NCBI GenBank assembly: GCA_050115495.1
Contig: JASFQK010000007.1
Coordinates: 100,680-164,679, forward strand
DNA length: 64,000 nt
Direction: 5' to 3'
Source of the DNA: Phycisphaerae bacterium
GTDB lineage: Bacteria > Planctomycetota > Phycisphaerae > UBA1845 > Fen-1342
Position 1 is the first letter of the stretch, and every line of letters starts with the position of its first letter. The translations under genes were made by a program, and so were the position numbers. This document shows positions 9,770-20,552 of this stretch, in pieces. The notes under the pieces were generated by a model. It was not told the DNA's origin and ran no database searches. It saw only the letters and a list, made by a program, of their open reading frames with translations.

Positions 9770-11554
9770 TCAAGGCTCTGTGGCCGGCGGCGGCGGCGCG
9801 GTCGGCGTCGCCGGTACATCCGAAGGCACGTCCATCGGCAGCTTCGGCGGTGGCAGCTTCCCGCCGTCACGCAGCATCGCCGGGAAACTCGAAATGATCG
9901 ACTCGCCCCTGTCCAGATCCGCCGCCTGCTCGAGGTTCTTCAACCCCGACTGCTTGTCGCCGGCGTAGTATTCCAGATAACCCAGCAGGAACCGCAGGCG
10001 GGCATCGTCCTGTTGCTCCAGCCGCTTGCGGATGTCCGCCCGGCGGATATCCACGATCTCCCCGCCGCCCATCAACGACTTCAGGTCGAAGTCGAATCGC
10101 GACAGCTCCGGATAACGCGAGAAGCCCTGGACCAGGGCCACCGTGGCCGACAGGTACTCCCCCGCCGCCAGGTACGCGTTGCCCTTGCCGATCAGCGGCA
10201 GCGGGTTGAGCGGTTCGAGCCGGTTGGCCGACTCGTAGCGCCGCGCGGCCTCGTAGTACAGGCCGATCTCGAGCAGCGACTCCGCCTTCAGCAGCTCGTC
10301 GTTGAACGCCGAGTCCCCGCCTCCGTGGAACGTACGGATCGGCGCGTCGAACAGCCGGTTCAGGAACGTCTGCGACTGGTCCACGGCCACGTCGGTGACC
10401 AGCCCGGCCACCGCCGGGTCGTTCTTCATTGCAGCCTGCATGTCGCGGAACCACGCGGCATCCGGCTCACGTTCGAGAGCCAGTCCCAATTGCATATCGG
10501 TGAACACGTCCTGACCCGGCAGGACGCTCGTATCGGTCAGCCGCAACTGTGGCCGCGACGGCGTCCGCGTCGACGGCGCCGGCTCCGTCAAATCCGGCTC
10601 GTTCGCCACCGGCCCCAGCGCGAGCGGCCTGCGCCCCGTCTGCCCCATCCCGGACGCGAACGGATCCTGCCGCAATTCCAGCGGCACCGGCGACAACTCG
10701 CCCCGCTGCACCATCTCCAGCGGCGTACCCAGCGGCGGTCGGCTGCCCGGGACATCCCGCACGCGCATCGCCTCCACCTCACCCGGCTGCGAGAATTCAC
10801 GCACGCCCGGCTGGGCCACGCGCGACAGATCGCCCAGTTGGCTTTGCAGACCCGCCACCGGCTCCGGGACGTACAACCCGGTCGCAGACCGCGGCGACGA
10901 CGACTGGCGCGGCGGCCCGAAGATCGTGCTACTCAGCTCGGACGAGCCAGTCGGCGTCAGACCGACAATCTGCGAGCTCAACGCCGGCACACCCAGTGCC
11001 GACGGGTTCACGGGTGGAGCCGCGAGGCGCCGATCGAGCCGCAGATCCAGCGGCCCGATGCTGCTACTCCCGACTGGCCCCACGGACAGCGTCCCCACCC
11101 CCGGCGTCAACGACCCGTACTGACCACTGTGCAGTCCCGCCGTGAACACGGTCTGCGACGGATCGAAGTAGGGTGTGGCTGTCATGCCGCTCGAATACAC
11201 GCCGACGTCGGCCACGCTCACCGAGTCCCGTTGGAACGCCGACAGCGCTGAGCTGCCCAGTGACCCTCGAAAAGCTGTGGGCGATGGAATCGGGTTGAAG
11301 CCCTGGAACGCCATGCCGCGGAGGTTGCCGCTCAGCAGGGCGTTGCCGGTGAGCAACGGCGACACCGGCCGCGCGTAGTTGTACCCGCCGCTGCCGACCT
11401 GCGGATTCGCGTCGAGCAGACGGCCGTTCTGCTGAACCGCGTACTGTGCCTGCGCCAGCCCGACACCGCCGACCACGCAGGCCACCGCGGCCGCCACGCG
11501 CCACAGCGCGGGCTGCCATCGGTACGTTGCCGATCCCGCTTGCCTTGCTGCCAT
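9770..11554 (-). CDS. secreted protein with low-complexity N-half and C-terminal TPR-like repeats
   Basis: signal peptide AQA-Q; C-terminal AESLL..YYEAARRY..GNAYLAAGEY..FLLGYLEYYAG helices; GAGGA upstream. Confidence 0.7.
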   Translation of the reverse strand: MAARQAGSATYRWQPALWRVAAAVACVVGGVGLAQAQYAVQQNGRLLDANPQVGSGGYNYARPVSPLLTGNALLSGNLRGMAFQGFNPIPSPTAFRGSLGSSALSAFQRDSVSVADVGVYSSGMTATPYFDPSQTVFTAGLHSGQYGSLTPGVGTLSVGPVGSSSIGPLDLRLDRRLAAPPVNPSALGVPALSSQIVGLTPTGSSELSSTIFGPPRQSSSPRSATGLYVPEPVAGLQSQLGDLSRVAQPGVREFSQPGEVEAMRVRDVPGSRPPLGTPLEMVQRGELSPVPLELRQDPFASGMGQTGRRPLALGPVANEPDLTEPAPSTRTPSRPQLRLTDTSVLPGQDVFTDMQLGLALEREPDAAWFRDMQAAMKNDPAVAGLVTDVAVDQSQTFLNRLFDAPIRTFHGGGDSAFNDELLKAESLLEIGLYYEAARRYESANRLEPLNPLPLIGKGNAYLAAGEYLSATVALVQGFSRYPELSRFDFDLKSLMGGGEIVDIRRADIRKRLEQQDDARLRFLLGYLEYYAGDKQSGLKNLEQAADLDRGESIISSFPAMLRDGGKLPPPKLPMDVPSDVPATPTAPPPPATEP

Positions 11555-11654
11555 GGTGTATCCTCGCGCCGAGTCCATCAGGATTCGTTCGCTTCTGCGC
11601 CCAATAGCATTATACGAGAGCCCGACCCACCGTGCAGCACGGCCGGGCCCGCCC

Positions 11655-12386
11655 TCAGGCCAGGTGCCGCCCGCCGTCCACCGGCAGCACGACCCCCGTG
11701 ATGTAATCACCGTCCCTCAGCACAAACTCCACGGCGGCGGCCACGTCGTCGGCCGAACCGGCCCGCTGGAGCGGGATCTTCGCCGTCAGCCGCGCCCGCG
11801 TCTGGGCATCATACGACTCCGGCCAGGCGGCCACGCCGGGGGCGATCCCCACCACGTTCACGCCCGGCGCCAGGGCCCGGGCCAGCACGTGGGTCAACGT
11901 GTCCAGGGCTCCTTTCGACACGATGTACGCCAGGTGTTCGGGCCACGGCTGGCCGACGGCGGCGTCAGTGACGTTCACCACCCGCCCGCCGGCCTGCGCT
12001 AGCGCCTCGTGCGCCGCCGCCACCAGGACCATCGGCGTGGTCAGATTGACCCGCAGCGTACGCTCCCAGTCGGCCACGTCGAACGTCGTCACGTTCATCC
12101 GCTCGAAGACCGAGGCGTTGTTCACCAGCACGTCCAGCCGACCGAAACGCTCCAGCACCGCGGGCACGAGCCGCGCCGCCTGCCCGGGATCGCCCAGGTC
12201 CGCCTGGAACGTCGCCGCCGTCACGCCGCAGGCCTGGCAGTCCGCCACCGTCTGGCGAGCTTCCGCGGCCGACGCCCGGTAATGCACGGCGATCTGGCAG
12301 CCGGCGCGCGCCAGCCGCAGCGCGATCGCTCGCCCCACCCGTCGGGCCCCACCCGTCACCAGCACGACCCGCCCGTCAAGCTCCAT
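11655..12386 (-). CDS. SDR oxidoreductase, pteridine reductase (PTR1/FolM)-like
   Basis: TGGARRVG, NNAS, YIVSK, ITGVVLPVDGG. Confidence 0.88.
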   Translation of the reverse strand: MELDGRVVLVTGGARRVGRAIALRLARAGCQIAVHYRASAAEARQTVADCQACGVTAATFQADLGDPGQAARLVPAVLERFGRLDVLVNNASVFERMNVTTFDVADWERTLRVNLTTPMVLVAAAHEALAQAGGRVVNVTDAAVGQPWPEHLAYIVSKGALDTLTHVLARALAPGVNVVGIAPGVAAWPESYDAQTRARLTAKIPLQRAGSADDVAAAVEFVLRDGDYITGVVLPVDGGRHLA

Positions 12387-13155
12387 CCACGCCACCTCGC
12401 TCCACGCCGTAGCGGACCCACTCCAGCGTCAGCCCGTGCGGCGGTACGGTCGGCCCGGCCAGGCTGCGATCGCCGGTCGCCAGGATCTCGGCGATGCGCT
12501 CGGGCGGCCAGTGCCCCCGCCCGATCTCAATCAGCGTGCCGACCATGATGCGCACCTGGTTGTACAAAAAGCCGTCGCCCTCGACGTCGATGAGCACTTC
12601 GTGGTAGCGCTGCTCGATACCGATCCGCGTCACCGTCCGCACGGTCGTCTCGCGCGGGGCACCCAGGTTGGCCATCCCCGCGAAGTCGTGCCGCCCGACC
12701 AGCAGCGCCGCCGCCGACCGCATGCGGTCCAGATCCAGCCGGTACCACACGTGCCAGCAGAACCGACCGTCGTGGTCGCGGACGGGCCGGCACTCGCGCG
12801 GCGCGTTGTACAGCCGATAGCGGTACCGCTTGCCCACCGCGGCGCGCGTGGCGTGAAACGCCGCCGCCACGTCCGTCACGTGCACCACCGCCAAGTCGTC
12901 CGGCAGACGATGCTCGAGCGCCCGTCGCAGGCTCTCCGGCGGAATCGGGGCGGTCGTCCGGAATTGGGCCACCTGCCCGCGAGCATGCACGCCGGCGTCG
13001 GTGCGACTGGCCCCCACGAGCACGGTCGGCTGGCGAACGACGCGACAGACCGCGTCCTGGAGCACGCCCTGCACGGTGCGCAGGCCCGGCTGGATCTGCC
13101 AGCCGTGGAACTCCGTTCCGTCGTAGGCCACGATGAGCTTGACGTTACGCTCCAT
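12376..13155 (-). CDS. truA: tRNA pseudouridine(38-40) synthase
   Basis: AYDGTEFHGWQ, ASRTDAGVHARGQ, GDGFLYNQVRIMVG. Confidence 0.97.
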   Translation of the reverse strand: MERNVKLIVAYDGTEFHGWQIQPGLRTVQGVLQDAVCRVVRQPTVLVGASRTDAGVHARGQVAQFRTTAPIPPESLRRALEHRLPDDLAVVHVTDVAAAFHATRAAVGKRYRYRLYNAPRECRPVRDHDGRFCWHVWYRLDLDRMRSAAALLVGRHDFAGMANLGAPRETTVRTVTRIGIEQRYHEVLIDVEGDGFLYNQVRIMVGTLIEIGRGHWPPERIAEILATGDRSLAGPTVPPHGLTLEWVRYGVERGGVDGA

Positions 13156-13223
13156 CGCCGCCCATGGTACTGCGGCCCCGGCGCAGCGCACACCCGCGCC
13201 GCGCCGCCGGGCTCACGTCCCGC

Positions 13224-15533
13224 CTACGCGTCCTTGTCGTCCGGCGGCTGCGGAAGGTCGCCGATGCCCAGATCGTCGTCATCCGGCGACCCGGCCGGGA
13301 TCTCCGGCACGCCGGGCAGCTCCGGCGGAATCGTCTCGTCGCTGCTGTAATCGTAGAACTCGCGGTACTGCTGGCGGAAGTAGCCGCCGGCCCGCGCCTG
13401 CACGCCGTCGAGCACGGCGCCGACGATGTGCGCGTTGACCTTTTCGAGCTGCTCGCGGGCCCGCTTCAGAACGCCCTTCGAGTTCTCCACCGCCCGGGCC
13501 ACCAGGATCACGCCGTCCACCTGCGTGGCCACAACCAGGCCGTCGCTGATCAGCAGCACCGGCGGGCCGTCGAGGATCACCCGGTCGTACCGCGTGCGGG
13601 CCTCCTGGATCAGGTCGCGCAGGTGCGCCGGTCCCAACAGGTCGGCCGGTGTCGGCGGCATCGGCCCGCTGCTGAGCACGTCCAGGTTGGGCACTTCGGT
13701 GTGCGTGATCAGGTCCGCCAGCTGCGCCTGCCCGATCAGCACGTTGCTCAGGCCCTCCGGCCGCGTGCCCTTGAAAGCCGTCCGAATCGCCGGCCGGCGG
13801 AAGTTGCAGTCGATCAGCAGCACCTTCTCGTTGCCCTGGGCCAGCGTGACCGCCAGGTTGATGGCGACGGTCGTCTTGCCGTTGCCGGCGCTCGGGCTGG
13901 TCACCAGCAGCACGCGCTGCGTCTCCGCCGGTCCGCTGAAGACCAGGTTGGCCCGCACCTGGCGGAACGCCTCGGCCACGAGTGACTGTGGCGCCGCCCG
14001 CGCGGCCATCTCGATCTCTTCCACGTTGGCCTCTTCGTCGTCGAGCTGCGGGATGCAGCCCAGCACCGAGAGGCGCCCATGCCGAGCGACGTCGATCGGC
14101 GTGCGGATGGCCTTGTCCGTCAGCTCTCGCAGGAAGGCCAGCCCCACCGCCCCGGCCAGGGCCAGGGCCACGCCGCCGCTCAGCCACAGCAGCACGTTCG
14201 GCCGCGACGGCTTCACTGCCTTTCTCGGCCGTTGCACGAGGTTCAGCCGCGGCGCTTTCGGGGCAGCGGCCACCAGGTGCTGGTATTCCATCACCGCTTC
14301 GTCGATCTGTTCGAGCTGCTTCTCCAGGCGCTCCTCGTCGGCGATCATCGACTCGTAGCGCATGGATGACGAGTCCAGGTCCTTCAGGCGAGCCTCCTGC
14401 TCCTCGAGCTGGTCCTGCGCCTGGGCCTGCACGGCGCGCACGCGGGCCAGCTCCTGGCTCAGCGAGTCCACGCGCCGTTCGCGCAGATCGTCCAGCAGCT
14501 CTTCCCGCCGGGCCACCTCGCGATCGTAGTAGCCCTGCCGGCGGGCCTGCAGCATCTGCAAGTGCCGGCTGTTCTCGCCGGCCAGATACGTCCGGGCGAT
14601 GCTGATCTCGACGTCGAGCGCTTCCACCTGCTGCCGGTACAGCCGCAGGATCGGATCGGCCTCGACGATCAGCCGGTCCTCGGGCGAGATGGGCAGACGC
14701 CGCGGATCAATGCCCTGCACCGCGTCGAGCTGGGCCTGCAGGTCCGCCACGCGCGTATCGAACGTGTTCACCGTATAGGTCTGGTCGGCGATGCTGCGGA
14801 CCAGCGTGTCCTGCTCCGACTCGAGGGCCCCGACGTTGGTCTGCGTCCGGAACTTGGCCAGCTCCTCGCGCTGCCGCAGCAGTTTGCCCGTTACGTCAGC
14901 CTGCGTTTCCTCCAGGTCCTTCAGATCCTGGCGGCCCTTGTTCTCCGTCTCCTGCTTGTATCGCTCCAGGTAGCGGTCGACGATCGTCTGCACCAGCAGC
15001 ACGGCCTCGTCCGGATTGCGCAAAGAGAGGCTCACGGAGATGAGCTGCGTCTCGCGGATCGGATCGACCGACAGCATGCTCTCCAGGTCGTACAGGCACT
15101 CCTCGAAATCCCCCTCGTACCACCGGAAGAACGCCGTCTGCTTCACTTCCGGCTGGCTGAGCGCATCCTGCAACACGTCCAGACGGTAGATCTTCGTGGC
15201 CTCCGTCTTCGTCAGCGTGTCCATGATGCTGGGCATGACCAGCGGATCCGTCGGGTTGAACACGTCCTCCAGCGGCGGCTTCAGTTGCAGCACGGCCCGC
15301 GCCGGATACGCCGGGAACCACTTCCAGACGATCAGCGTCGCCGCCACCACCATCATGTATAGAACCACGAAGGCGATGAAGATCAGCAACTTGTGCTGTT
15401 TCAGCACCCGCCCGAAGTCGGAGAAGGTCAGCCCCCCTTCGGTACCCGGCGCCGTGCTTGCCGCCGGCCCGGCGGTCACGAGCTGCGCCTCCGACAACTG
15501 GACGATCTGTTGGGCGTCGCCAACCGTACTCAT
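13224..15533 (-). CDS. wzc: polysaccharide co-polymerase / BY-kinase (Wzc-like)
   Basis: two TMs flanking a coiled coil; AEAFRQVR, Walker A SPSAGNGKTT, LLIDCNFRRP, ILDGPP, Tyr cluster GGYFRQQYREFYDY. Confidence 0.92.
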   Translation of the reverse strand: MSTVGDAQQIVQLSEAQLVTAGPAASTAPGTEGGLTFSDFGRVLKQHKLLIFIAFVVLYMMVVAATLIVWKWFPAYPARAVLQLKPPLEDVFNPTDPLVMPSIMDTLTKTEATKIYRLDVLQDALSQPEVKQTAFFRWYEGDFEECLYDLESMLSVDPIRETQLISVSLSLRNPDEAVLLVQTIVDRYLERYKQETENKGRQDLKDLEETQADVTGKLLRQREELAKFRTQTNVGALESEQDTLVRSIADQTYTVNTFDTRVADLQAQLDAVQGIDPRRLPISPEDRLIVEADPILRLYRQQVEALDVEISIARTYLAGENSRHLQMLQARRQGYYDREVARREELLDDLRERRVDSLSQELARVRAVQAQAQDQLEEQEARLKDLDSSSMRYESMIADEERLEKQLEQIDEAVMEYQHLVAAAPKAPRLNLVQRPRKAVKPSRPNVLLWLSGGVALALAGAVGLAFLRELTDKAIRTPIDVARHGRLSVLGCIPQLDDEEANVEEIEMAARAAPQSLVAEAFRQVRANLVFSGPAETQRVLLVTSPSAGNGKTTVAINLAVTLAQGNEKVLLIDCNFRRPAIRTAFKGTRPEGLSNVLIGQAQLADLITHTEVPNLDVLSSGPMPPTPADLLGPAHLRDLIQEARTRYDRVILDGPPVLLISDGLVVATQVDGVILVARAVENSKGVLKRAREQLEKVNAHIVGAVLDGVQARAGGYFRQQYREFYDYSSDETIPPELPGVPEIPAGSPDDDDLGIGDLPQPPDDKDA

Positions 15534-15596
15534 CTCACTATCTCCGTTCACACGCCGACGGCGGCCGCGCCCCGAGGGCCGGCACCGCCGCTACGT

Positions 15597-18500
15597 CTAC
15601 GGCAACCGCTTCAGCGCGTCCTCGATCTGTTGCGTGTACGGCCCGTCTCCGTAGCGTGCCGCCACGGCCCGGGCCCGCTCCAGAATCGTGCGCGCTTCCG
15701 TGTTGCGCCCACGGTCAACCAGCAGCAGACCCAGGTGCAGGTTCACCGCCACGTTCTCCTGGTCGAGCGCGAGTGCTTGTCGCAAAGTCACCTCGGCCTG
15801 CTCGTATTTGGCGTTCTTGAAGTACACCCAGCCAACCGTGTCCAACACGTTGGCGTTGCGCGGTTCCTGTTCGTAAGCCGCCTCGGCGTAGCTGAGCGCC
15901 TCCTGCGGCCGATCGGCCTTGTCCGCCAACAGGTACGCCAGGTTGTTGAGCGCCGTCGCATACGCTGGGAAGGCCCGCACCACACCCTCCAGCACGCGCA
16001 CCGCCTCCGCCACCTGCCCCGTCTCGTCCAGGGCCTGCGCCTGCAGCAACTGCGTGGCCACGTGATCCGCGGCGTCTCCCGCAGTGCTGGCCAGCGCCGG
16101 CTTCAGCACCTCCATCGCCTCCGTCGCCTTCCCGTCGCCCAGAAGCTGCGCGGCCAGCGCGTTCCGCAGCCGCAGCCCGGCCGGCGTGTCGGCCGGGGAT
16201 CGCTCGGCCACCTTCCGCAGGGACGCGGTAATCTGGTCCCGGGCCACGTACTCCCGTGAGAAACCGACCACAGCCTGCAAGGTGTTCGCCGCCTCGGCGG
16301 CCCCTGTTTCCATCCCCGCCTCGAGCTGGGCCAGGGCATCGTCCATACGCTTCAGCGTGACGTAGCCTCGGATCACCGAGGCCCGCACGATCGCCGGCAC
16401 CTGCTGCGTCCGCGACAGCACCTGCTCGAACACCTGAATCGCCTGCGCCGCCTGGCCCATGGCGATCTGCGCGTCCAGCCGGAACGCCAGGCAACGCATG
16501 AACAGCCCGAAGTCCTGCGGCTGGGCCAGCCGCTCCGCCCGCTGGAAGTAATCCACGGCGGACTCGTACTGGGCCCGGGCCGCGGCGCGGTACCGCTCCT
16601 CGTCCGACCGCTTGCCCGCCTGGGCCGCCTCGTCGGCCAGTCGCGTCGAGCGTAGCGCCTCGGACACGCACACCGACGCGAACCGCTGCGGCCACGCCGC
16701 CGAACTCTGATCCCGATTCATGAACTCGCTGGCCAGATTCTTGGCCTTGTCGAACTGCCCCGTGCGCGTCAGCAGCGTCAGCAGCGTGGTGACCGTCGCG
16801 TTGACCGCCTCGCCGCCTTCCGGATCCTGACGCTGCACGTCCATAAGCTGCCGCAACTCCGCCTCGGCCAGCTCGGCCCGGCCCGACACCTCGTACAGTC
16901 CGGCCAGTTCAGTGCACACCTTCTGGTACAGGCTGCCGTCCGGCGACGCCAACCAGCGCGCCACCACCTGCGGATTGTCACTCGACGGCTTCAACTGCTC
17001 CCGGGCCAGCAGCAGATCTTCGCGGGCCTCGGCGTACTTGCCGAAACGCACCGACAGCCGTCCGCGGGCCAGCAGCGACCACACGTGATTCGGCGACACG
17101 CGCAGCACCTGCCCCAGCAGTTCGTGGGCCTTGGTCAGCTCCCGCTGGGACAGCCGCAACTGCGCCATGGCGATCAGCCCGTTGGCATCCTCGGGGTAAT
17201 CCGCCTGATAGGTCGCCAGCTCCGTGCCCGCGTCGCCGTAACGCCCCAGGCTCAGCAAACCCTGAATGATCGTCAGCCGAGCGTATTGCCGCCGGGCCGT
17301 ATCCTGCGGATCGTCGGCACGCAGCTTGTCGAGCACCCAGCGACAGGCGTCGATCATCGCCTCCTGCCGCCCGTCGTTGCGCCGATAGAACTCGACCAGC
17401 TCGAAGGCCACGCTCAGCAGCGTGCTCCGCCGTTCGTCGGGGTCCGTGATATCCGCCTCGACGACGCGCTTGCCGTCCTGGTAGGCCGCCTCTGCCGCGC
17501 CGAGGTCGCCCAGCCGCTCGTAGAACTTGCCGAGCAGCACCTGGGCGTAGGCCCGCTCCTTGCCCGACTGGCTTTCCAGGTAGGCGCGCAGATGCTGCTC
17601 GCCCTCCTGCCGCCGGCCGGTCGACGCGTAGAACTGCGCCGCTGCCACGGCCAGATCGGTGTTGGCCGGAGCCAGACGCAGTCCCTCCTGCAAGCGCTCG
17701 GCCGCCTGCGCTTCGTCGCCCACCTTCGCGTAGAGCTGCGCCAGGCGAATCAGGTTGGGCACATCGTCCGGGGTGGCGGTGCGCTGCTGCTCGCGCTTGT
17801 CGATACCCGCCCGCGGATTGTCTTCCTCGTCGAGAAACTCAGCCCGCTCGCGGATGAACGGGTCGTCCGGCCGTAGCTTGCGGGCGTCGAGCAGATGCGA
17901 CACACCGCCATCCGGCGGCCGCCGGCTGCCCGTCATGCTCTGGTAGGTCACGTACAACAGCTTGTGCGCGTTGAAATCCAGCGGGTTGAGCTGCACCGCC
18001 ACTTCGAGGGCCTCGGCGGCCTCATCGAGCTGCCCGGCGGCCAGCAGGGCCCGCGCCAGCCAAACCTGCATCGTGCTCGTCCGCGGCAGCATGTCCCGCG
18101 CCATCCGGAACTCGCGCACCGCCACGTCCGGCTTGCTCTGGGCCAGCGCCAATTGCCCGCGGTACGTCGCCCCACCGGCGTTGTCCGCGTTCAGCCGCGC
18201 CAACAACGCCACGTACTGCGCCGCCCGGTCGTAACGCTCCAGCCGCAACGACGCGAAGAACTGGTTCGCCAGCACTTCCGAATCGTCTGGGTTGTCCTTC
18301 TCCAACTGGTCCAGGTAGGGAAGCACCTGCTCCCACTCGCCCCGCTCGGTGTAGTAGTTGACCCACCAGTTCGTCCGGACCACCGGATCCGGCTCGGCCT
18401 GGATCAGTTCACGCAGCCTGGCCTCGAACTCCTCCGGCGTCAGGTCCTCCAGCAACAGCTCGTATTGCCCCAGCAGACGCGCGATCCGCTCGTCACTGCC

Positions 18501-20534
18501 GAAGCGCTGCCGCACGCCCGCCAGAATCTGCCGACCCTGCTCCTGCTCCTTGGCCTGCACCAGCATCGGCACGAGCAGCCGCAGCACCGGCGATACCTGG
18601 CTCACGCGGAATTCCGGATGACTCAGCGCCTCGCTGTACAGCTTGATCGCCGTCGGGACGTCGCCATCCATGCGGGCTCCGTACGCCTGCGTCAGCGTGC
18701 CCGACACGCCCCCGAGCCCTGCCGCCGCCGGCGCCAGCGCTTCCCGCGCCTCGCCTTCGCGACCTTCCTGCTGCAAGGACCCGGCCTCGATCGCCGCCAG
18801 CCGCAGCCGCACCGTCTCGTTGCTGGCCAGTTCGTCGGCGTAGTCTCGCCGCAGTTCCGCGGCGCTGTCCCGGGCCTGCTGGGTCTGCCCCAGCGTGCTC
18901 AGCAGCTCCGCACGGTTCAGCATCAGGGCCAGCGGGGGCTTGGCCCCGTCCCGATAGAGCTGGATGACCGGTGTGGCGTGTTCGCGCAGCGCCATCTCCG
19001 TGTAGCGCAACGACTCACCCGGTTGCCGCAGGTCGCGGTAGAGCAACGCCAGCCGATCGACCGGCAACTCGCCCCGGAACACTTCGAACCACATGCGGGG
19101 GTAGTACGGGCCGGTGTCCGCGTCCGCCCGGGCCTGGGCCTTCTCGAACGATTGGGCTGCGACCAACAGGTCGTTCTGCATCAGCGCCGCCTGGCCGCGC
19201 ATGTAGTGGGCGAACGCCTCGTCCCGGTACCGCACCTCGGTCTCGTCCAGGAACCGGTTCACCCACGTCCAGCGCTGCTGCCGCTCGGCGCCGGTGACGG
19301 CCAGGGCATAGCCCAGCGCCGTCGTAAACGCCCGGCCATACAGCACCCGGTGCTGGTAATCGCCCAGTGCCGCGTGCAGGCTGCGCACGCCCACCGTTCC
19401 ATCGATGGCTTCGGCGAACACCTTCAGCGACGCTTCGTAGGCCGCCGGCGTGATGTCCGGTGAATCCCCGTGCTCCTCGTAATCCCGGGCCAGCTCGATC
19501 TGACCCAGCAGCGTCCAGGCTTCGTAGAGGGCCCGCTCCAGCTCGACGGCCCGCCGGGCGTGCGTCGTCGCCTGCGTGAGCAGGTCGCTGAACGCCTCGG
19601 CCGACAGCGTGTCCCGCTCGCGCAGCGCCGACCGGAACAGCAACTGGGCCAGGCCGAATTGCAGATCGGGATCCCCCTCCTGGGCGGTCAGGGCCTGCTC
19701 GAACACCTGCCGGGCCTCTGCCGGCTGGCCCTGGTTCTCCAGTGTGCGAGCGTACGTCTCCACCAGGCGTCGGTCGCCCGGATGGGCCGCGATGCCCGCT
19801 TTCAGGGCCTCCACCGCTGCTGCCATGAACTCGCTACCGATCGCCTCGATGTCCTCTGCCGAGGCCCCTTCTTCCCGCGCCTGCGCCACGCGCATGGCGG
19901 CCTTTCGCCGGGCGACCTCGATACGCGTTCGCACCACGCGCGGATCGTCCGGGGCCAGCCTCTCCGCTTCCTGGAAGGCCTCGTCACCAGCCGCCCATTC
20001 CGGCGAATCCGGATCGTCGCGATGCTCCACCATCGCCCAGCGGGCCGCGGCGACGCTCAGTGGCCCCAGCACATTCTCCGGGTCCACTTCGCGCAGCGTC
20101 TCCGCGTATTCAAGCATCCTCGTCCGCACCACCGGCGCCATGCCACGCTCCGGTGGGAACAGGTCCCAGTTGATCCGCAGATAGGTCTCCAGCACCTCCA
20201 CGTCCTGCGGCTGCTCGGCGCGGGCCCGCTCCAGCGTGCCCATAGCCCCGTGGTAGTCCCCGTACTGCAAGGCGCATTCGGCCAGCTTGACGAGGTAGCT
20301 GACGTCCATCGGCCCGCCGCCGACCGGCTTGCTCGCCCGGTAGGCGCGGTCGAAGTAGTTCATGGCCAGCTCCATGTCGCCGGCCTCGCGCTCCTTGACC
20401 GCCTTGGCCTCCCAGAAATGCGGATCCTTGCGCGCTCCGCGGCTCGTGGCCAGGGCCACCACAATCACCGTGAGCAGGATGCCCATCACCGTGAGAAACG
20501 CGACCAGGTTCTTGTTTACGCGTTTGCGAGCCAT
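15597..20534 (-). CDS. giant membrane-anchored TPR protein (PrsT-like), 1645 aa
   Basis: N-terminal TM; many TPR helices; C-terminal ALNNLAYLLA..DTVGWVY; lies in exosortase/EPS operon. Confidence 0.85.
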   Translation of the reverse strand: MARKRVNKNLVAFLTVMGILLTVIVVALATSRGARKDPHFWEAKAVKEREAGDMELAMNYFDRAYRASKPVGGGPMDVSYLVKLAECALQYGDYHGAMGTLERARAEQPQDVEVLETYLRINWDLFPPERGMAPVVRTRMLEYAETLREVDPENVLGPLSVAAARWAMVEHRDDPDSPEWAAGDEAFQEAERLAPDDPRVVRTRIEVARRKAAMRVAQAREEGASAEDIEAIGSEFMAAAVEALKAGIAAHPGDRRLVETYARTLENQGQPAEARQVFEQALTAQEGDPDLQFGLAQLLFRSALRERDTLSAEAFSDLLTQATTHARRAVELERALYEAWTLLGQIELARDYEEHGDSPDITPAAYEASLKVFAEAIDGTVGVRSLHAALGDYQHRVLYGRAFTTALGYALAVTGAERQQRWTWVNRFLDETEVRYRDEAFAHYMRGQAALMQNDLLVAAQSFEKAQARADADTGPYYPRMWFEVFRGELPVDRLALLYRDLRQPGESLRYTEMALREHATPVIQLYRDGAKPPLALMLNRAELLSTLGQTQQARDSAAELRRDYADELASNETVRLRLAAIEAGSLQQEGREGEAREALAPAAAGLGGVSGTLTQAYGARMDGDVPTAIKLYSEALSHPEFRVSQVSPVLRLLVPMLVQAKEQEQGRQILAGVRQRFGSDERIARLLGQYELLLEDLTPEEFEARLRELIQAEPDPVVRTNWWVNYYTERGEWEQVLPYLDQLEKDNPDDSEVLANQFFASLRLERYDRAAQYVALLARLNADNAGGATYRGQLALAQSKPDVAVREFRMARDMLPRTSTMQVWLARALLAAGQLDEAAEALEVAVQLNPLDFNAHKLLYVTYQSMTGSRRPPDGGVSHLLDARKLRPDDPFIRERAEFLDEEDNPRAGIDKREQQRTATPDDVPNLIRLAQLYAKVGDEAQAAERLQEGLRLAPANTDLAVAAAQFYASTGRRQEGEQHLRAYLESQSGKERAYAQVLLGKFYERLGDLGAAEAAYQDGKRVVEADITDPDERRSTLLSVAFELVEFYRRNDGRQEAMIDACRWVLDKLRADDPQDTARRQYARLTIIQGLLSLGRYGDAGTELATYQADYPEDANGLIAMAQLRLSQRELTKAHELLGQVLRVSPNHVWSLLARGRLSVRFGKYAEAREDLLLAREQLKPSSDNPQVVARWLASPDGSLYQKVCTELAGLYEVSGRAELAEAELRQLMDVQRQDPEGGEAVNATVTTLLTLLTRTGQFDKAKNLASEFMNRDQSSAAWPQRFASVCVSEALRSTRLADEAAQAGKRSDEERYRAAARAQYESAVDYFQRAERLAQPQDFGLFMRCLAFRLDAQIAMGQAAQAIQVFEQVLSRTQQVPAIVRASVIRGYVTLKRMDDALAQLEAGMETGAAEAANTLQAVVGFSREYVARDQITASLRKVAERSPADTPAGLRLRNALAAQLLGDGKATEAMEVLKPALASTAGDAADHVATQLLQAQALDETGQVAEAVRVLEGVVRAFPAYATALNNLAYLLADKADRPQEALSYAEAAYEQEPRNANVLDTVGWVYFKNAKYEQAEVTLRQALALDQENVAVNLHLGLLLVDRGRNTEARTILERARAVAARYGDGPYTQQIEDALKRLP

Positions 20535-20552
20535 GTCCGCCTGCCCTCTCGA